A DNA stretch of 24,000 bases. Origin: Acaryochloris marina S15. Its GTDB lineage: Bacteria > Cyanobacteriota > Cyanobacteriia > Thermosynechococcales > Thermosynechococcaceae. Made by a program: the position numbers and the translations under genes. The DNA is taken from positions 2,380,701 through 2,404,700 of the forward strand of contig NZ_CP064923.1 in NCBI RefSeq assembly GCF_018336915.1, given 5' to 3'. Each line of letters starts with the position of its first letter. The stretch's first letter is position 1. Below are positions 1-8,900 of the stretch, one piece after another. Under the pieces are notes generated by a model. The model saw only the letters and a list, made by a program, of their open reading frames with translations, searched no databases and had not been told where the DNA came from.

Positions 1-362
1 TAAGTAATCTGGATAATACCGCCCCAGGTACAAAAGCATTTAGACGTGCTATTCAACGCTGGAAAATTATTGATCAATACGGTTGGTGAACCTGGTGCCC
101 AAGGGGCAGGAATAACTGGAATACAGGGCATGGGGGTAAGGACTCCCAACGCTGCAGCCGTTGCCGAGGCTACGGTGGGATTCGCGAGAGAAGAACAAAC
201 GCCAAAGGGTGGAATATTGGCGATGGGAGCATAGTCCATGATGGTGGCAGCTGCGGGACCTCCCGTCAGATCGGGGGGACCTTTAGGAATCACGATCAAG
301 GAACTCGGTGCTGCACCAAATGAACATTGTAATGAAGCTCCCATGACGACCTGTTGAGCCAT
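1..362 (-). CDS. PAAR-like protein, DUF4280 family (putative CIS spike tip; stop codon just outside window)
   Basis: Manual translation of the complement from ATG at 362: MAQQVVMGASLQCSFGAAPSSLIVIPKGPPDLTGGPAAATIMDYAPIANIPPFGVCSSLANPTVASATAAALGVLTPMPCIPVIPAPWAPGSPTVLINNFPALNSTSKCFCTWGGIIQIT. This has the characteristic DUF4280 pattern. Strong Shine-Dalgarno (AAGGAGGAG) upstream. Not in the supplied ORF track because it runs off the edge. Confidence 0.85.
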   Translation of the reverse strand, partial: MAQQVVMGASLQCSFGAAPSSLIVIPKGPPDLTGGPAAATIMDYAPIANIPPFGVCSSLANPTVASATAAALGVLTPMPCIPVIPAPWAPGSPTVLINNFPALNSTSKCFCTWGGIIQIT

Positions 363-384
363 TGCCTACTCCTCCTTGTCACTA

Positions 385-2343
385 TCAATTGATCTTTACG
401 ATTGAGCCTTTAATGCTATTTACCCCAGAGGCCTGAACAGTCACTAAGGCACCATCAATTTTAGTTTGGGCTGTCCCTTTCATAGCGGCCTGAACCCCTT
501 GAATCGTGACGCCAGAATTGCTCAATTCAATGGATGAGCTACCCACCTTTAGCGTAATCTTGGTCGTTGCTGTTAGGGTAATTTCGCCAGCGTTCAGGCT
601 AATTTTACGAGAACTACCGCTGGTTCCAGATTTAACATTGATATCTCCTGTCGAAATCATATCGATCTTGGCGGAGCCATTATCGTCTAGTAAGACTTTA
701 TGTCCTCCCTTGGATTTTATTTCTAACTTTTTACCTTGATCATCCAACCGGGCATAATGTCCTTCTTTTGTTTTTAATTCGGTGAACTTTTCACTGTCAT
801 TGAGATACAGATGGTGGCCATACACCGTATCTAAGTAAACTCCTTTTTTATTCGCATCTTTATCCTCTTCGACAAATTGGAGGGTATGGCCGGTGCGAGT
901 TTTCACGGTTCGTAGATTGACCTTGCCGTCAACAATGGAACTATCCACCTTCTCTGGGGGACTATCTTTGCCATTCCACACCCCACCCATAATGTAGGGA
1001 CGGTGAATATCACCATGTTCAAACCCCACCAGCACCTCATCATCCACTTCGGGTAAACAGTCAAAACCGCGATTCTTGCCTGCGCCGCTGGCAACCATTC
1101 TGGCCCAGTTACTTTCATGTTCCTCTGTCAGGGTGGGAAATTTCACTCGGACTCGCCCCCACCCTTTAGGGTCTTTGTTATTGGTGACTTTACCGACCAA
1201 TAGGGTTTGCCCTGCCTGCAGCCGTTGAGCAGGGGCCAGCGTTGATAATAAATCTCCTCCCCGCAATCCCCGCACACTGAACTCAGTGGAATAAACCCGA
1301 TCTTGGAATAAATGGCGCGTTTCCGTGATGTAGTATTTACCGCTGTATTTCCCCATATCTTTGAGTTGGACGACTTGCCCCGTTCTCAAGTCGGGATTGC
1401 CTTCAGCCCTGGCATCCGCCACTACAAATTCACCTCCCAACTCATCAATTAAAGCCTGGGCAATGGTATCGGCTTCTTTGGCACTAAAGACTGGTTGATC
1501 CACCACAATCATTTTGGGAGTCGTGGGTTTGCCATTAAAGACGGTGCTTTGCTTCTGGCCGGAGCCATGATCTGTTGAGGTTAGCAATTTCTCGACATTT
1601 TTAGTGGAAACGATGGCTTCCTTCCGTTCATAATCCCAACCCCGCACTTCAACACTTTTCACTTGCTCTGCACTGGTCACCCGCACCCGAAAGCTATGTA
1701 GATCTTTGAGCCAGGTGAGGGAAATATTGGAGTTGGCCTTGGGCTTCCGAAAATTCATCTTGCCGTCTTGAACATAGAGTTCAAACCCATTTCGAGCCGC
1801 TCTCTCCCGCAAAAATTCCATATTGGTTTGGTTCTCTTGAAAAATATAGTCATGGGGAGAACCGCTGTTATCAATGCTGCCAACGGGAATTCCGACTTCT
1901 CCAATCACTTTTTTGACAACATCGGTGTCGGTCATATTTTGGAAGGAGCGATTGTAGCGACCTCGATGGAGTCGATGGGAGATATCGTAACCGCGAATCA
2001 CAATGGGGGCTTGGGAACTGGAGGTGAAATTCGTCTCCATGCCCGTGATTTCTCCATCCAGCACATAGCCTTGATTCTGATCATCAAAGTCCTGAGCTGC
2101 GGTGGTACTGCCGCTAAAGCCAATTTTGATGGTTTTACCGATCTGCAAGAGATCGTCATATTGCCAAGGGGCATCAACGGAGCGTCCAGAAAAGTAGTCA
2201 TTCTTGATTACCAGGACAAACATCCCAGGTAAGTGCAAGCTTTCTTCCACAGAAATCTGGAGGATATCTTCCATCAGCTCATTGGATGCTGTTTTACCAT
2301 CAATCTCTAGAAGTGGCTCGGCAATATAGGTGGTTGCAGGCAT
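385..2343 (-). CDS. VgrG-like spike protein of a contractile injection system (Afp8/Pvc8-like, gp27/gp5 OB-fold plus beta-helix)
   Basis: 652 aa; gp27-like N-terminal half, OB-fold segment LLVGKVTNNKDPKGWGRVRVKFPTLTEEHESNWARMV...GDIHRPYIMGGVWNGKD, followed by a repetitive beta-helix-like C-terminus (IKSKGGHKVLLDDNGSAKIDMISTGDINVKS...). Confidence 0.92.
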   Translation of the reverse strand: MPATTYIAEPLLEIDGKTASNELMEDILQISVEESLHLPGMFVLVIKNDYFSGRSVDAPWQYDDLLQIGKTIKIGFSGSTTAAQDFDDQNQGYVLDGEITGMETNFTSSSQAPIVIRGYDISHRLHRGRYNRSFQNMTDTDVVKKVIGEVGIPVGSIDNSGSPHDYIFQENQTNMEFLRERAARNGFELYVQDGKMNFRKPKANSNISLTWLKDLHSFRVRVTSAEQVKSVEVRGWDYERKEAIVSTKNVEKLLTSTDHGSGQKQSTVFNGKPTTPKMIVVDQPVFSAKEADTIAQALIDELGGEFVVADARAEGNPDLRTGQVVQLKDMGKYSGKYYITETRHLFQDRVYSTEFSVRGLRGGDLLSTLAPAQRLQAGQTLLVGKVTNNKDPKGWGRVRVKFPTLTEEHESNWARMVASGAGKNRGFDCLPEVDDEVLVGFEHGDIHRPYIMGGVWNGKDSPPEKVDSSIVDGKVNLRTVKTRTGHTLQFVEEDKDANKKGVYLDTVYGHHLYLNDSEKFTELKTKEGHYARLDDQGKKLEIKSKGGHKVLLDDNGSAKIDMISTGDINVKSGTSGSSRKISLNAGEITLTATTKITLKVGSSSIELSNSGVTIQGVQAAMKGTAQTKIDGALVTVQASGVNSIKGSIVKIN

Positions 2344-2378
2344 AGGTGTAAACAGTTGGAGAATTGAATTTCAGTACT

Positions 2379-2957
2379 TTAGCGACCAAAGGTTGTCCGG
2401 TTGGAGCGACTATCCTGGGAGCGATTGGGGGAGGCAGACTGACTCCCTCCTGCACCTAGGCTGGACTCATCTATTTCCTTCAAGGACATATCGACCCGGG
2501 CTTGGACCGGTGTTCCATCAGGCAAGAATAAGGTGAGTTTGTAAGTAATTTGTTCGACAAAACACCGCAGATATTGCTGGTCTCCCCAAGTGAAGATATA
2601 GATAGGCGGTCGTTTGTTGGCAGCGTCACCACTGTCATCAAAATCCAAGGCTTTAATCAGTTTGCTGACATAGGCATCGATCACGCTTGTACCTTGTTCG
2701 TAGGTATCAAACAATATATTGCTTAAGGACAAAGAGCAGGCTTCCGGGTAGGCAAAGGTGACTTTGGGTAATCCCTTAGCGGTTCGTGCCCCTTGGCTTT
2801 CATTCAGGCGCATTGACTGCTGAAAGACCAATTCAGTGGGGTTGAACATAAATTCAATATCTTTACTCTTGTCCGTGGGTTGGTGGACTAAGGTTGCCTT
2901 GGCTAACTTGCCAGAGGCAACGGCACTGTTATTGCTGCGAGAGCCACTATAGGTCAT
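2379..2957 (-). CDS. CIS tube/baseplate-hub protein, Afp7/Pvc7-like N-terminal domain, no recognisable LysM domain
   Basis: 192 aa; ATLVHQPTDKSKDIEFMFNPTELVFQQSMRLNE... is typical of the CIS-tube family found immediately before the VgrG-like gene in eCIS operons; ends in a short Ser/Arg-rich tail. Confidence 0.8.
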   Translation of the reverse strand: MTYSGSRSNNSAVASGKLAKATLVHQPTDKSKDIEFMFNPTELVFQQSMRLNESQGARTAKGLPKVTFAYPEACSLSLSNILFDTYEQGTSVIDAYVSKLIKALDFDDSGDAANKRPPIYIFTWGDQQYLRCFVEQITYKLTLFLPDGTPVQARVDMSLKEIDESSLGAGGSQSASPNRSQDSRSNRTTFGR

Positions 2958-2986
2958 GGGTATGGTTCAACCTCTTCATTTAATGT

Positions 2987-5900
2987 TCACCAAGGTAAGC
3001 GACCAGAATGATACCCTCCATGTCTCTCTCGCTCCACTTCCAGCCGCTGTCGGAGGATATGATAGATCTCCCTGGCTAAGATCTCGAAGCTTTGCTCATC
3101 TACTTTGGATGCGGTTGAAGTGTCGGTGTGGGATTGACGCATCACCACTTCTGTCGTTTGTAGAGGGGATGAGACTGGAGGAGGGGCAGCTAGAGCCTTT
3201 TGCAAGGTTTGAGCAGTCCGCCGGACAGATGCTGTTTTTCTTTGGACTCGCTTTTCTGGGTGAATTCCAGTGGGAGTGAGAACTAAATCTGAAGTGTCTT
3301 CAGGTACTGGGGTTTGTGGCTCTGCTTGGCGTTGGATGGCTGATGGCGATTGGACTGTGAATAGGTCTTCGATACTAGACCAGTTTGAGGGTAGTGCTGA
3401 GGGTTGGATTGTGGGTGCGATCGCATTCTCCGTATTCGCCTCAAAATCCTCCTCAGATAGCGCCGTGTCACCAGGGCTTAGATCTAATGGAATATTCGGG
3501 CGTTGCAAATGGCTGAGTTTTTGAGCACGATGCTGACGATTCGACTGGCTGGCAGGCCATAGGCTACTGATTAATTTCGGAGCAACAAAATTGTCGGCAA
3601 TGCTGGAAAGGGGAGAAGGCGCTTGGCCAGTCGCCAATAACTGGGCAACGGTTAGGTCTGGAGAATTCTCCTGTGGTAGTTCTAATTCAGGTGGTTGTGC
3701 TGCTATCTCAATGACTCGGCGTTGGCGCAAATCTGTAGAGTCAGGCTGAGCATTTATCTGATCTATCTTCAGCGCATCGAGAGTACCGCCTGATGGGTCT
3801 TGGTGCTGAATCGTAGGCTTAATGGGGGGCGATGATAATGGCTGGGTTGAAGCAAGTGAAGAGTCCGAACGATCTGCATCCGAAATCTGAATCTTTGAAT
3901 CAGGTGTTACTTGAGGCGGTTCTGCAACTTCAGATTTTTGTACAATGTTGGAGGAGATTTCTGTATGAGCAGGGTCAAACTCTGTTTCTACCTGAGAAGA
4001 GTGGCTCTCTGAATTCTTTTGAAGGATCTGATTCTCGTTGAGATCAGAGGATGGACTTGACGATATATCTTGACTGGGTAAATTAGCATTTTCGATGCTT
4101 CCATCAGGACGTTGAGCTGTAATTTCAATAACCCGACGGTGAAGAGACTCTACCTTGTCCGGTTGAGACTGGATGCTTTCTACTTTTTGAGGTGACGAAT
4201 CAGCAATATTTTCAGTTGGAAGTTGTTGTAAGTCTGGAGTTTTGGTGTCAGAAATACTCGGTTTGGCTAAGGGGGCCGGAGTAGCCTGATCCGAACGGGT
4301 TGTTGGGGTGGGTAGATCTGAACCTATCTTTGTCTTTGAAATTGTACTGGGCTGATGTGCAGACTGGATAATTTCTGATGCGTCTGAAATGTCAGTAAGA
4401 GCTGTATTAGAATCGTGAGACTGCTCAATGCTGGATGCTTGGATGGCAGGCTCTATAGTTGCTTCAGGCAAGTTATTGGGAGGTGATGTATCAACAGTTG
4501 GAGAGATGTGGCTATTTGGTGTAGCTTGCTGTTGTTCGGGCTGGTCTATTGACTGGGAAGGTTGGCTGTCTGGGGTTGGCTGGATTGAAAGAATATCTCT
4601 AGTATCTGGAGGTGATTCTTGGATGCGATCGCAATTATCATACGATTGCCCATTGCTTCCTTTCTGTAGCTGTGCTTCAACCGCGGGTTGGACAACAGAA
4701 ATCTCCACAGCCTGAATCGGAACGGTAGATGTTTGCTTTGATAACAACTTCGATATTTCTGTATTGGGTTCTGTTTGAGCAGAAGTCTTGTCTAGGACAG
4801 GAGTTTCCGGGGCTTTAGCCTGAGCATGTAACGGTTTGCTGGCATCACTGACATCCTTTCTTCGAGCAACTAATGGCTGATCACTATTTGATTGAGTCTC
4901 AATCTTTCGCTGAACGATGTTGCCCGTCTCAGCGATGCTAGCAGTATCACTGGTATTGCTTGGAGCTTGTGGCACATTATTTTCTTGAGATTCAAGAATC
5001 TTGGCATTCTGAGTGGCAGCAATAGCCGTATGGTCGGGCGCGTTTACCTTGAGGTCTGATTCAGATAAGCTTTGGTCTGATACTGTCTCTTTCGGTGGAT
5101 TTACGTTGGCTTGAATCGTTGGGGAAGCACTATTCGATACGTTGTCGTCTTGTTTCGGACTTTGAGATGTGTTGATATTAGTGCTATCCAGATTTTGACT
5201 AGTAGCTTCTGAGAGGTTAACTTCTATAACTACCTTTGGACTCTCTCTGTCGTCACTTTGCTTACTCTTCTTGGAAAGCTGAACCTGTTCTTCACTGAAT
5301 TCCTGGATAGATAAATCTGAGCCAGCGGGAAGCTGTTGTTGAGTTTGGCTAGTGATCGATGGCTGTTCAACCTTAGTTTGAACGGAGACTTCACTAATGG
5401 GAGGACGTTCTGGAGGATGCGATTCTGTTTCTAGAACATGTTGATCCAGAAAGTTTGGGGTTGGAGCGTTAGGTATATCGGGTTGAGATTGCTCCTGTAT
5501 AGTTTGTCGCTGGAGTAGGTTGTCTGGATCGCTGGTATTTGATACTTCTGAGTTTTCATCAGAGTCTGTGGACTCCTGTAACGATAGTTCAGCTTGAGAA
5601 AGTGAATGTGAACTTGGGGGGATAGCAGCTTTGGATTGTTTTATTCGATCATCAGCATTGTCGAGTTGTGATGATTGCTGATGAGTGACGTCCTGACGTT
5701 GAATAGAGTTATTAGTACTTGGAATTGAGGTCGCTTGATTGATCGCCTCACTTTGAGTAATGGAATTCTTCTGAGGGGAAAGTTGAATGGAATCTGAGGT
5801 GGGCAGAGAAGACAGCTCTGTTCGGTGCTGAAGGTTCGGTTCGCTAAAGGAGCTAGAACTTTCAGAATCCAAGGGCTTAGAGTTTATTTCCTCAGCTGGG

Positions 5901-8900
5901 ATAGGCTGCTTTTGAATAATTTCTGCTGTGGATGAGTGTCGTTTAATTGAGCTATCAGCTAAGGGAGAAGGAACCTCAGAGGGCTGTATGGAAGAGTGGG
6001 GTGTGTTTCTTGAAGGCTGGTCAGAGACTATTGGAGCGCGGGTCGAAGCTGCCTCGCTCCCATCGCCCGTGTCATGCTGCCTTTGGACCACTGCTGTATG
6101 TCCAGTGGTCGGTGATGATTGTGTGGGTACGTTTGGTCGTTCTAAAGGGTTGGACTGATGTGTCGATGGCGATGTTTCCTCTTGTTCAGTCAGTAAAGTT
6201 GGTCTGAGAGTTGTATCAGCTCCTGTATTCTCACTAGAAATTTTTGCGGGAGACGACGCTAGGTTCTGCTTGTTTGTCTGGCGTTTTGACTTTGTCTTTT
6301 TAGGCCTTAAGTTTGCCAACTGCTGGACAATGGTTGTACCTATTTTTGAGATATGGGAATTGAGGGAGAGATTGCGACTTTGAGATGATTTTGGTGTTGA
6401 GCCACGGTTTTCTGAACCTCGACTCGATACATCGGTTATTGGCTGTTCTGAGCTTGTTGAGGTTATCTCAGAGCTATCTGGAGTCCTTTGTATAGAGTCC
6501 TCATTGCCTGATGGCAAAGCTGGCTCATTTTGTCCTGAATCTTTTGGTGGCTGAGGAGTCTTTGCTTTATCAACAGAGCTAGCTTGAATAATTGGCTCAG
6601 TTGTGGATTCTGGTGGATTATTAGTGTCTTTTGCTGGGGAAGGAGGGATGGCGGGATTTACATCCGTTTGAACAAGACTTTCTGTTGCCGGGTTAGATGT
6701 AGAGGTTAGCTGTACCGAATCAGTCAATAATGGTTGTTCATTGCCATACACTTTGTCTGAACTAGGCTCAGCAGAGGCCTGAATATTATCTCTATTAAGC
6801 TCAGGAACATCTGCAGATTGTAGGGAGATGTTTTTCTGTGCAACTTCGGATGAGGTCGCTGGTTCAACTGAGCCAGCTTCCTGACATTGTATGGATTGAG
6901 GTAATTGCCTCCTCGAACTTTGTTTTCGGATCGACCGATCAACCCTCTCTTTAATTTCTGAACCTAGATTTGTGATTCTATCTGCGAATTGATTTTGAGT
7001 GGTTTGCCATCCAGGCTGGGCAGCATTGGGTTGTGCTTCTCCTTGGGCAACAAGTGCTGGGTTATGCCCTTCCCGTGGGGAAGATTCCTCAATACTATTT
7101 GGGGTAGGGAAGTCTACTTGCTCAGAAGGAAGAGGGGTCGGTATTGAGGATTGTGATGCTTCAGCTTTTTGTACCGTTGGTAATTCTTGGGTTTGGAGAT
7201 TTTCATCAGCAGTGACATCGGTGAGTCGACCTGACTGATTCTTGGGATGCTCTTGTTCGTTTGAACTAAGTTTAGATTTTGAATGAATAGCTGTATCTGG
7301 AACTGTATTGGGTGAAAATGGCTTAGCCTGAATGTCTGATTGAATAGATGTTACAGCGTTTTTATCTACAGCTTTACCACCACTACCTTGCGATGGCGAT
7401 GTATCTTCACCTACCGATTTTTGAGGCGAGACAGGGTTGATGGTCTGGTCTTTACGATTCTGCTCTGAGTTTTTGGATAAAAACTGCTGCTGTCTTTGGA
7501 GCGGATTGGACTCTTCATTTGGCTGAGGTTCAAGTTGGCGACTAACCGTATCCATGACCTGTTGACTGAAACGCGTCAGTCGTTGCAGGGGTTGAACTGG
7601 GAAGGGTCCCCGCGTCTTTGCTTTTGACCGAGACGAACTAGACTCAGCATTAGAAGTAACATCTGATGATGAGGTAGGTTTTTGCTGATCGGCACTCCCC
7701 TCGGGTGTGGATGATTCAGATTTAATTTGATCCGGTCTAGATGCCTTGGAGTCTGAGGTGGACTCAGTCCCCTCATTAGGACCAGCGATTGAATTAGGAT
7801 GTTTGTCTTGATGAATCGTTGGCTCAGACATTCCAAGAGACTTCGTTTGTAGTGGAGTGGAAGGCGAATGTTCTTGGGGTAAGTCTATAGACTCAGGAAT
7901 TGCTTGAACAGTTGGAGAATTCTCTTCATAGTCAGCATTCTCAGTGTTCACTGACAGCAGTTTTTCTTGGGACAGTTCTTGAGAAGGAGCTTTCTCTACA
8001 GCCTTTGTTCCTGTTTGGACTAGAGATACTTCAGAGGATGATTGTTTTGAGTCAGGGGACGATTTGGCTTGAAGCAATGGAGCGTTTGACAGTGGAGGTG
8101 AATCATTCGTGGATTTCTGTACCTCATTGGCCTTAGCTCTAGATTTACCAACAGGGAGTGATTGAGATGCCTGCTTAAGCTGAATACCAACTTTATTAAT
8201 ATCCTGTTGGGCTCGTTTCCCCATTCGCGAGAGCTGAGCTTGTAAGGGAAGCTTTTTCTGTTTGCTTTTTTTACTTTGTTTCGTTTGTTTTTTTTCAGGT
8301 GCTTTAGTAGATGCCTGAGGAGTTAAATCGTCTGCTCGTTGAATAGCTGTTGACTGTACCGCTTCCCCATCAATTTTTTCTGAAGTGCTGGGTATAGAAG
8401 GACTCTCAACGGATGGGAGGTTGTTACTAGGATTAATGCGGTTAGTCTCTACCTTTGGTATCTGTGGGTGATCCGTAGAAGACTGCTGAACAGCCGAACT
8501 TTCTGAGTTTTGAATAGTTGTTGTCTCTGTGGAGCTATCAGAAGTCTTGGCCGTTGAACTGGGTGGCTCGGAATTCTTAAGCAGTAAAGACTCATCATCT
8601 GGAGATTGTTGAGGAGATGCTGGGGTGACTGTTTGAACAATTGTTGTCTTGATGGGGGTTTCGTTAGTCTTGGGCTTAGGGCTAGGTGTTACAGGAGTTT
8701 CAATTGATGAACCACGATCAATTGAGTGACTTGGGTTAGCTTCTACTTTTGAGTTAGCGAGGGAAGCCTGTGAACGGCTAGTTTGCAGTTCATTTGGAGA
8801 AATAGGAGATGACTGTATAGTCCGCTTAGCAGGTAGATCTGTGGTGATGTCAGTCGCTTGTTCAGTGGGTGGAGTGGTTAGCTCGATGTCTTGAGCAGTC

